Source: Utricularia gibba
Taxonomy: Eukaryota > Plantae > Magnoliophyta
Direction of reading: 5' to 3'
DNA length: 64,000 nt
NCBI GenBank assembly: GCA_002189035.1
Contig: CM007990.1
Coordinates: 5,580,001-5,644,000, forward strand
The notes under the pieces were generated by a model. It was not told where the DNA came from and ran no database searches. It saw only the letters and a list, made by a program, of their open reading frames with translations. Of the stretch, positions 50,929 through 61,943 are shown piece by piece (within the stretch, counting starts at the first letter, position 1; every line of letters begins with the position of its first letter). Both the position numbers and the translations under genes were made by a program.

Positions 50929-53900
50929 ATGGCGTTCCCTTACATGGAAGCTGTTGTTGGTGCGACTGTTGTTTTTTGTTTTCTTAGTGTTTCCTTCTTA
51001 GAAGAATGAGAATGAGGTGTTGCATATGAAGATTAGGGTTTTTGAAGTGTAATTATTGCCCTAGATGAGCGTAAATAGCATCGGCAGACTTAATGATGCC
51101 CGGGCTTGATTTTCAGGATTTATGGTGATGGTTTATATTTTCGAGACGTATCTTGATGTGCGACAGCATGCTGCCCTTAAGTTGCCGAGTCTTCCAAAGC
51201 CTCTGGTTGGAGTAATTAGTCAAGAAAAGTTTGAAAAGGCCCGTGCTTATAGTCTTGACAAAAGGTTGCAATCTTTTTATATTTCTGTAGCAATGCAAAG
51301 TCTGATGAAAGCATTTATGTAACACTGCGTAACTTCGTTGAGAATTCAGTTTATTGGTGGTTATTGATCCCTTTTTTTTGTTAGCTACTTTCATTTTGTT
51401 CATGAACTTGTGACAATTATAATGGACTCCGCCATTTTGTACTTCGGAGTGTTGCCCTGGTTTTGGAAGGTGAGACTTGCTTGAAGAATATCCGCGTTTT
51501 TAAAACACTGTGCTGTTGACTTATCTTTGTGTGTTAATTTTACTTGTTATTTGTGTAAATACAGAAGTCAGAAGAGTTTCTGGTGTATGTTGGCCTTGAT
51601 GCAGAAAATGAGATCTCACATACACTTGCATTTTTAGCTGGTGTTATGTTGTGGTCACAGGTGAATGTGTTAGCTTATCAGTTGTTTATGTTTCTCTTAT
51701 TAATGATTTTGCTTCACGGGAGGTTTTTGAATCCTGATACAGATAACTGATTTGCCATTTTCATTGTATTCAACCTTTGTAATTGAGGCTCGACATGGCT
51801 TCAACAAGGTTCTTATGTCTACCCTGACGATTTTGCAATGATTTTTCTACCCCATGGTGTATTCTTTTTACAAATTTTAACCGGTCTTCAAATTTAGCAA
51901 AATGTAATTTTTTTTCTTTTCAGCAAACCATCTGGCTATTCATAAAGGATATGATCAAGGGGTCTTATTATCCATAGTAATCGGTCCACCTATTGTGGCT
52001 GCTATTATCATTATAGTTCAGGTAATCCTTTTGTGTTTTTCATAGGTCGGTGTGCACTTATATGCCGAATACTGCAAACAGTCATTTATGTAAATCTTCT
52101 GGTTTGTGCAGAAGGGAGGTCCTTACTTGGCTATATATCTTTGGGCATTTATGCTGGTTGTTTCACTTGTTATGATGACTCTCTATCCAGTTCTTATTGC
52201 GTCTCTTTTTAATAAGTTCACTCCTGTAAGTGTCACACTGTTGCATTTCCTTCATCCTGTAATATTCACCAGCGTGAAAACATCCGTATTTAATTATATT
52301 TACAAACATACAGCTTCCAGAAGGAGAACTCAGGACCGAAATCGAAAAACTTGCTTCATCTCTTAAATTTCCTTTGAAGAAATTGTTCGTCATTGATGGA
52401 TCGACGAGGTCAAGCCACAGTAATGTGAGCATCTTTTTGGTTTTCTTTATTTGGTGTTTTGTAATGCACAGAAATTATACAGATGGACATATGGACTTTT
52501 GGTTCTTGTTTCTCCAACTTGAAGTATCACCAAAAATATTGCATGTCAATTCCTCAGACATTTAGTTGCGTTTTAACAATAAACACTGACTCTTGTTTTT
52601 TGAAATTGTGTTATTTAGTCATGTTTCACTGGAAACTAGACTTCTTGTTCTGTGTGATTGGTACTCAAAACTGCATATCATGCCAATTCAGAAGAATATA
52701 AAAGATTACTGTGGTGATGCGTATTATACATTAATCGCTTCCATCAGCCATGAATACTCTTCGTTGACGCCTTGGCGTTGATCATTTTCATTACGTCTAC
52801 ATAGTTAATGCCCCCATTCTCTTCACTTCTTTGTTGCAGCGTCGTTAATTCTATGCAAATGTTTCTGCAGGCCTACATGTATGGGTTTTTTAAAAACAAG
52901 AGAATTGTTCTTTATGACACATTAATACAACAGGTATGCACACATACCTGTGCGCAGGCTTTTTGTTTCTTATCAACACACATAATTCCGAATCTGGAAA
53001 ACTATTGTTCATATTTTGTAATGAATCTTTCTTTGAAATGTGTTCAGTGCAAAGAGGATGAAGTTGTGGCCGTTATAGCCCATGAACTTGGTCATTGGAA
53101 ACTTAATCATACTATGTACTCTTTCATTGCTGTGCAGGTATCTTACCTTCGTTAATTTTGTAGTTGATGGTATTCTGGAGCTTCTTGTTAATTTATTCAA
53201 CGTGAAACACGTTCATATGTTCATAAAATCCATAAACTTTACCCAAGAAAATGTTGTGAACCTTACATTTTTGGGATTGCCGTTGCAGATCCTTTCCTTG
53301 TTGCAGTTTGGAGGTTTCACTCTCGTTAGGAACTCCAAGGACTTGTTCCAGAGTTTTGGGTTTGATACCCAGCCAGTCCTTATTGGACTCATCATCTTTC
53401 AGGTGTTAGCATTATAACCATCATATCCGTACGCGCTTTGTCAAGACATAATCTGAATCTCAGTTATGCATGATTGTCATCGCTGCAGCACACAGTGATT
53501 CCTCTCCAGCACATTGTGAGCTTTTTGCTTAATCTTGTGAGTCGGGCCTTTGAGTTCCAGGTAAATAAGTGCATCAACTTTTCCTTAGAATCCGATTTTT
53601 GGAATGCATTTTTTCCCTAAATGAAATATGTCCGTCTTGAAGGCTGATGGTTTTGCCAAGGGGCTTGGTTATGCTGTACCTCTTAGGGGTGGTCTTGTCA
53701 AGTTACAGGTGATTTGCTCTTTTTCTTTCTCTTATATCAGCTTTTGAGGTCACTGACGTAGACATTCAGTGAATGTTCTTAGCTTGGCTAGCACCATGTT
53801 CTGATTCACTTATATTACGTGCAATGATTGAACAGGAGGAGAACCTCTCAGCCATGAACACAGACCCTTGGTATTCTGCCTACCACTACTCACATCCTCC

Positions 53901-53952
53901 CCTGGTTGAAAGACTAGCCGCAATCGACGAGCCCGACAAGAAAACCAACTAA
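50929..53952 (+). CDS. STE24: CAAX prenyl protease 1 (STE24/FACE1, M48 zinc metalloprotease); one apparent frameshift
   Basis: [57 protein letters not shown] zinc motif, [12 protein letters not shown]. Exon 51924-52021 is 98 nt and needs +1 at G4 51959-51962. Confidence 0.93.
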
Positions 53953-55365
53953 CCGTTCCTTCATCAAACCAGACACATGGTGCATGATGTCGACAAGCTT
54001 CTTTTCCTTCATGTACCAGGTTCTTCGAGCAGTTTCCCCGAGTTCCTTGTCCATTTTTGAACTCCGCATGAATCACTGCTCCTAGTTTAGCTTCATGTTC
54101 TTCTCCCTTTGAATCATGAACCCTGTGGCTGGCTATTCTTGAGCAGTTTACTGTTTGAACTCACTCCTTGCCGGAGTGTTGATGACATGATGTGGTGGTG
54201 GTCCATTCCCATGTCAAGTTGATGGATGGATTACCTCATAAACATCAGGATTGCCGGAGAGTGACCTCCGGCTCCCATTTGTACTGAGTGCATGATCAGA
54301 AAGGGAACCATGTCCCCCAAAAGCAAAACAGCGCGCGCACCTCATGTGAAGTCTCATTTGGATTCAATCCCGTAGGTTTTGTTTTCTCTCACATATTAAA
54401 TTAAAAAATGAATTAATATTGAAGTTGATCATTTTTTTGGGTGATTATGTTATTTTTAAATCATTTGAGTTTTTATAACATTTGGTAGGAGTGTTAGTTG
54501 TGGTTTTGATGAGTATTTTATTTTCGTTTTATTTTTAACCATGTAATAAATTGGAAACAAGTTATATCTATTTTATATTTTTATTATTTCAAACGTTCCA
54601 AATAATAAAATAAGATTATTTATTACATGTACCAAAAGTGATCATCTTGTACACATGGGACTAATAATATGAGTATTTAAATATTCAGAAAAAAATAAAT
54701 GATTATATTGTACGTCACGCGCTTGCGGCTGACTGCTATTTTAAAAAAACAATTAACTCGTTTTATTGAGTTTAAATGCCGCTTCAATTATTTGATATCC
54801 ACTAAATTCTGATTGGGTCGACGAAATGGAATATTAAAATGCACGCAAGCTGCATTATTGTGCCAGCTAACGACGTCGTTAAGTCCGCAGGTGGGGTCCG
54901 CAACATTAACCAAAGTGGAGTTTGAAAAACACCCATAGTGGATTATAAAAAGGAAACAGCTATTTCCTGGCAGTAAATTGTGTCTGGTTTGATTTTCCTT
55001 TTTTTTTTTCTTTTTAAAGAGAAAAATTAAATAAAGGGGCGAAAAACATAAACGCGAGCGGTGGGAGGGAGAGGTTGAATTTACTCTCCAGCTTTCATGT
55101 GCAGTTAACTGACTCGCCGGAGCAGCGGTCGTTCGGCGGCTTGTGAGTTTACCTTGCGCTGAGATCTGTTAGCTGAGCCTCGATAGGATTTTTTTTATGT
55201 CGGTAGTGTTATGTTCGTCTGTGATGTGTGACCAGTTGGGTTGAACTCGGCCGCGGTGGTGTTTTGGAGATTTTAATTTGTTTGATTTTCATTGGCATGG
55301 CGGTTTTTGGCTTTCCGAGACGGAGGAGCTGTTGAGTGTTCGGGTGTGGGGGGTTCTGGTTTGCG

Positions 55366-57682
55366 ATGTCGGTTTTTGATACATTTTTGGCTGATACTCG
55401 GCTGTCAAAGAAGACCCCTATCTTCGGCCTTCGATTATGGATGGTGATCGGAATAGTCATTGGAGTTGTTATTGTGCTGATGCTTTTCCTCATCTCTCTT
55501 TGTATCACCGCCACGCGCTTCCGTAGACGTAGCAAGCGTGAGCTTCGTCGGCCGGTGAAGTTTCCTGCATCCAGCGATGTCACTCCCGTTGTCTCTAAGG
55601 AAATCCAGGAAATTGGATACGATGCCACCGCTTCCGATCAACGTCCGATGGTGCACCTGGTAAACAACCGCTGTCTTTGTTTTGAAATTTCAGTTTGGAT
55701 TCTCCTCATTTCTGCCAGAATTTATTGTAGTTCTATACTAGGATTCTTGATATTTATTTTATTCGTACAACATTATAGACTCGAATCCAGAAATTTTTTT
55801 ATGTACTAGAACCAAGCCTCTTAAATAATCCATGACAATTGTCTCTCTCCTTCTGATATCAGGTTTGGTATTTCGTTTGATGGCCTCAACTTTTTTGAGG
55901 TTACCCTTTTTTGGTGGATCTTCTGCATTTTTTTCTCCACTTTTTCTAAGAATGGATTTCATTGATGATTGTCCAGCATTCAGTTCCATTCGTTTCTTTT
56001 GTTTAACATTTTCAGGCAACTGTTCCCGAAGTTCAGATAGATGTGGGTAAGGTGGGGCACAGAGTGGAATCTTCCCACAGGGGAGCTTCCAGTGGTGAGA
56101 GTAGAGCTACCAGTGGAACTGATAATGCATCGTGTGGAGGTAATGGATCGTTGCCTGAGGTATCCCATTTGGGATGGGGAAGGTGGTATACGCTGAGAGA
56201 GCTGGAAGCAGCTTCTAATGGATTCACTGATGAGAATGTGATCGGTGAAGGTGGATATGGCATTGTATATTACGGTGTATTGGCTGACAACACACGAGTT
56301 GCTATAAAAAATTTGCTGAATAACAGGTATATGAGATGCCTTTGATTATGTTGGCTCGGAGTGGAATTTCATATTCTTAGTGCAAAGCCTTCTATTGTTG
56401 TTAAGTTTTAAAGAGATTGTGACCTTTTCTTGAATGAGTAACTTGAACATAAGTTTCTGATGATTTTAAGGGGTCAAGCAGAGAAGGAGTTTAAGGTTGA
56501 GGTGGAAGCAATTGGACGAGTTCGGCATAAGAACCTTGTCAGGCTCTTCGGCTACTGCATGGAAGGAGCTCACAGGTAGGTGCCATGACTGCTTGCCTCA
56601 ACACATTGTTGTTCTAATTTTGTTGTTGCACTTTCCACAGAATGCTTGTCTATGATTACGTCGACAATGGAAACCTGGATCAGTGGCTTCATGGAGATGT
56701 AGGAGAAGTTAGCCCTTTGACATGGGAGATACGTATGAATATAATCACTGGAACTGCCAAGGGGTATGCTGAACAAAGTTGATGTTGAATATACAGCAAA
56801 AATCTTCTTTTTTTGGTTACAATTTGCATTGCGAGCTTCCTCAGGCTTGCATACCTGCACGAGGGTCTCGAGCCAAAGGTTGTTCACCGTGACATCAAAT
56901 CTAGCAACATACTTCTTGATCGTCAATGGCATCCCAAATTGTCTGACTTCGGCCTGGCTAAACTCCTCAACTCAGACAACTCCCATGTGACTACAAGAGT
57001 GATGGGGACATTCGGGTTGGTTGTCTTCACTACGGTCTAATGTCATTTGTGCAGCAACCTTCAATACCCTTTCATCTTCTCTTTAGGTACGTTGCTCCAG
57101 AATATGCATTGACGGGTTTGCTCACCGAGAAGAGTGACATTTACAGCTTCGGAATACTCATCATGGAGATCATTACAGGAAGATCTTCAGTTGATTACAG
57201 TCGCCGCAAGGGAGAGGTCAGCAATGCTCGCTCCTCTTACATGAAAAGAGCCGTTTTTGATGGCCATATTACATTGGAGTGATCAATCAGGAAGTGATTG
57301 CAGGTTAACTTGATTGACTGGCTGAAGACAATGGTTGGCAACAGGAAATCCGAGCAAGTATTGGATCCAAAAATACACAAACCGCCAACATCAAAAGCCC
57401 TGAAACGCGTTATCTTGATAGCTCTCAAATGTGTCGATCCCGATGCTCATAAAAGGCCAAAGATGAGCCATGTAACACACATGCTGGAGAGTGAAGACCT
57501 GCTATGGCGCGACGTGGGCATAAACTTGTTGCTGCTTTTATCCCTCTTTCTGTGCTTCCCTTACCCTCTGTTGAACTTGACTTGTGCAGGAGCGCCGGAT
57601 CGTTCGGGAGGCCGCCGGAAGCTCCTTCGGAGAAGAAACGACGATCAGTGAAGCTGCGTCTGAGGACAGCAGATGGAGGTAG
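55366..57682 (+). CDS. Single-pass receptor-like kinase with minimal ectodomain
   Basis: [21 protein letters not shown] plus TM; [44 protein letters not shown]. Multi-exon and in frame throughout. Confidence 0.9.
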
Positions 57683-58375
57683 CATAACGTTTATCACTCG
57701 TGTATGAGCATGACGATTCTTCATAGACCGTTCCCATTGGTTTGGTTATTTCTCTTTGTCCGAATTCGAAAGTTCTGTGCATAGTGTAAAATACGGAAAG
57801 ATGAGGGACCTAATGTGAAATTAAAATTTTCCACGTGCGGTATCTGGAATCCCTTAGTTTCGATTTCCTAAGCGCGCTGCCATTGTAACTTACGTGTACT
57901 TTCACCACGATCCTGACACGTGTCATTTCATCGCTCCACTTCTATAATTCCAGTTGAGCGCCGGCCCTGCCTTGGTGTTGAGAATGTTGCAGGGCCAAAT
58001 CAATTCCTCTCCCCTCTTGCTGAATTCCGAAGCATTCTTACCTGAGTGCTGGTCTGTCCCTGCGGTCAGGTCAAATTCTAGTTTTTACCGTTCTTTTCTC
58101 CGGTGCCGATGTCAATCGGCGGTCGTAATTTTCACGATCGGCGTAGAATGAGGCAGATTTGAACTGTTCAACGATCGATGTGGATTGTCTCTTGACCGAT
58201 CGGTCTTCCGGGATCCGTTGAGTTGGTTTTTTTTTCTGTATGATTTGATGTGTTCACCAAAGAGATGATCTCGTTGGATGTCTCCAACAAATCTGATGTT
58301 TTCTGCTTCCTAAGATAACAGATTATTATACTGAAGGAAGTGTTTTGATCCGTGATTCTGTGTTCATTTGCTATA

Positions 58376-59867
58376 ATGGAAAATGAAAAGGGTCTCGATC
58401 TGAGCCTCGGACTGCCGTGTGGATCGAATACCTCATCGCATAAGGGTGAAGCTAGCGTTGCTGGGGTAGGACCAAATGAAGATGACAGAGATAGAAAAAT
58501 GATCAATGAGTTCAAAGCGTTTTTGGAGGGGGGAAACCAGCATTCCTTGAAATTTGGTGAAAGTTATTGCGGCCAGTATGCGGCCAAAGCTTCTGTTGAC
58601 ATGGAAACTTCCAAGAGCTTGAACACCGAAGGGGGTAACTGGGGGTCTGCTGATTTTGAGGATGAAGGGAGGTCAGCTGTTTGTGAGAAGCGCAAGAGCA
58701 TGTTTACCAAGGTAGACCCGAAAAAGAAGCACGCAGCAGGAGCAGCTATTCATGGTGATTTTCCCAGGGCATCGCATGCATCCGGAGGAGACGAAGGATC
58801 GACTGGGGAAAATGAGGATGTGGCTGATTCTGAGACAGATGGTTCGTCTTCTAAACATGTGCTGTCCAATGATGATGCCTCCGAGCCATTTTCCCCAAGT
58901 AGTAGCCTACACTTGGGTCAAAGGGATGGATTTGGTGACTCTGAAAGCAGAGAAATTATGGGACAGAAGAAGAATCCAGTTTCATCCGAGAAGGAACTTA
59001 AAATAGCGTATGATGTTTCATTCCCTGCTCAGCCGCCGGCAGCCATGAGTGCACCTTTCCCGCAAGGTGCCATTGATTTTAGGGCTTCTGGGACTCTGTG
59101 TTTTCCTAATTACCCATTTCCAGGCAGAGTGCATGCTGAGAGACCGAGTATGCAGCCTGTCCCTCAAACTAGCTTTCCCTTGACATTTGGATACTCTTCT
59201 GCGCAGCTTCCAACTCTATACCGGGACAATTCTAAAGGAAGTGTTTCTGATATACAACAGATTCGCCCTGATTTTACTAGGAATCAAGGTTTGTCATTTG
59301 TTTCTACTTTACCATTTTCAGGAAGGCTCCTTCATTTTTCTAGAAAGTAGTCATTCCAATGTCGAGCTGAATCCATTTGCTAAGTGTGAATAGCCCCGTG
59401 ATTCGCTCTCTGCTTATTGTTTCCATGTTGATGCAGCTAATGTCCCGGTTGGTTCAAGTAAATTCCCAGGCGAGGGTAAGATTTTAGAACATGGGAGGCA
59501 GCAAATTGAAGACCCATCTTCACACATGAAAAACGATTCAAAAGATCGGCCTGGTCCCCATCAAGAGGCAATACCTTCTGATTTTCAGGCTATACGACCT
59601 GGTATGGCAGCAGAAATCAAGTTTGGAGGTTCTGGTTCATACCCAAATCTTCCATGGGTTTCAACCAGCAGCCCGAATCCAAATGGCAGGACAATATCTG
59701 GCGTGACATACAGGTTCAGTGCCACACAAATAAAGATTGTATGCGCCTGCCATGGATCTCACATGTCTCCCGAAGAATTCGTTCGCCATGCTTCAGAAGA
59801 TGCCACTGCCCCTCCAAATTCTGCTTCGTTACTTAGCAGCAATCCTGCAGCCTCTGCTAGTAGCTGA
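58376..59867 (+). CDS. NINJA: NINJA (novel interactor of JAZ) adaptor
   Basis: Exons 58376-59288 and 59437-59867. N-terminal EAR motif LDLSLGL; C domain KFGGSGSYPNLPWVST...RTISGVTY..IKIVCACHGSHMSPEEFVRHA. Confidence 0.88.
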
Positions 59868-60083
59868 TTAACATTTCATATGTTCGTGGCTTCTCTAAGT
59901 GATATATCTATCATCCAGGCTAGTGTCTCATTTCATTTCCACTGATGTGATCCTGCAAACTATATCTTGCAAATTCTTCTAGTTCTGTAATGTATCTGTC
60001 TTCCGAATATACTCTACTTCCACTGCTGTGATCCTGAATGTATACATTTATCCACATATACAATTCTTTCATGAACAATCTCT

Positions 60084-61088
60084 TCATGTACCTCTACTGG
60101 GTCGTAAAAGCTGCTTGAAAAGTGCTGTCTTGGGGACATTCCAATGCTCTACATGCCTAAAAAGGAACATATCATCTCATCAAGCAACTAGAGCTCTACA
60201 GAATTAAAACATGAAAATGAATACAGAAACTACAAACCTGCAAACCTTTCCTGAGTTCTCATCGAAGTAGTATTCTGTATACCCAGTTGCTGCAATTCAA
60301 GTCACCAAAGCAACAAATTTGAGATTTCTTGGCTTTCCTCTCTAGATCTTGCATGTGTCATGGACAGTGAATCTGTCTATGTACCTGATAGAATAGGCTT
60401 CCATGGAAATGACATGACGCAGCTGAATCTCCAATGCCCGATTCCTTTTTCCTGTGAAGCATTCATCATGTAAGGGATCGAAATCTTTGCCTATTCATGT
60501 TAAAGGATCAAACTCCACCTCAAAATCCTCCCATTTCATCAGCTTCATATTTGATCGGCTTAGTAGATATCCAAAATTTGTGCAGTTCCTTTTGAATCGA
60601 CTCAGCCCTCTGAAGGAACCGGCCGGATCAGCAAATTCACACTCCTCTTCGTAAGCATCGAGGCACAAATCCCCTATTTCGATATTCGGAAGCTTATTAT
60701 AGACTGTGCATTCATTGAAATTGTGAAATTTTGGATTCCAATCAAGCATACCCGTGACAAAATACGATCTATTGAAATCCTCCTTGATGCTTTCCACCAC
60801 TGCAGCTCGTAGTATTTTTCCGGAATCATCAACTGGAAGCTTACCGGAAGTGTCGGTTTCCGGTTTCTTAGTCGGAGAACGGAGTAAAGAAGCGCCCAAT
60901 CCGAGGATCTCGGAGCCGTACCAGGCGATTCGGATCAACGCGTTTTCAGGTTCACCGGTTGAATTCTTCGCCAAGCACCTCAAATTCCGAGCTTCGTGTT
61001 GATGAATGGAACCGCCAATTCCCCGCCGGCGGGCAGAACAATTGGCGGGAATGGAAGGTCCGGACGTGAAGCAGAGCAAAGCCGCCAT
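60084..61088 (-). CDS. DUF2358 / NTF2-like protein, probably plastid-targeted
   Basis: Transit-peptide-like N-terminus; IKEDFNRSYFVTG, YEEECEFADPAGSFRGL.RFKRNC, HWRFSC, TGYTEYYFD, HVEHWNVP. Alternative start at 61154. Confidence 0.8.
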
Positions 61089-61534
61089 CAACGCTAAACG
61101 GCGTCGTGTAAGAAGATAGTGGTGATAATTCAAACCCCTACGGTGACCATGCAAAATAAATATTGTTTTTTTCTTTTATTTTTTTTATTGTTTTAAAAAC
61201 TAAACATTTCTAAAAATATCATCGTAAGTGCATGGGAATGCAAGTTCGAGCGTGAGCGCACTCGCGGGTGCTGCGGTTGAAATATTAGTTTTGGAGCTTC
61301 GATAATGTCGTCGGGGCTCCGCATTTCTCCGTCATGGTGTTACAGGTTTTGTTCTCGCTTCCTCAACCTTCGAGTCTTCTTCATGATTCGGTATCTGTGT
61401 AGATGACGGTTCCGTATGCTTCATCTCAGCCATTTCTGAGCCTTTTTGAACGCCGGTCTGTGGACCGTTTTACCGCTCCTCTGATGAGGCTCACTTGTGT
61501 ATTAGAGACGAATATGTTTGCGGGATTTGAATTG

Positions 61535-61543
61535 AAACCCTAA
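61535..61543 (+). promoter_or_regulatory. Telo-box in CBE1 leader region
   Basis: AAACCCTAA; common in genes for translation-related proteins. Confidence 0.45.
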
Positions 61544-61943
61544 TTGTTTGTCCATATGCTAGTACTTTTCTGATTTCAAATTCCGGAGGGATAGATCGAT
61601 TGTGGGTTGGTTTCTGCGAATTAGGGCTCTTGATGGTTATTTCGATTTTGTTTTTCATGAGTTTCTGTAGGGGTCCTCGGGTTATTAGGTTTTGTGTTTG
61701 ATTGACTACTGGAATTCTTATCTGCGCTACTTCCGAAGAGCAAATTTGGGCAGTTGGTGCTTATCCAGCTCAATTCAAGTTGTGATGGTACCGAACTTGG
61801 TGGGGGAGGATCGGTTTCGATGAGATCTGTCACTTGGTTACGCCGCTTTAATGTTCACTTGGGTTGACTTCTAAGACGTTACAGAGAAAAGCGAGTTTGA
61901 CGTTTCGTTTGTTAGCTGATTTGATTATGTTATTTGCGGCAGT

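Noticed and set aside
117-51962. Calling the ten frameshifted genes a pseudogene cluster
   Set aside because: All lesions are the same -1 G/C-run type, with intact splice sites and conserved sequence on both sides. Conserved genes such as STE24 and FIL would not all decay this way.
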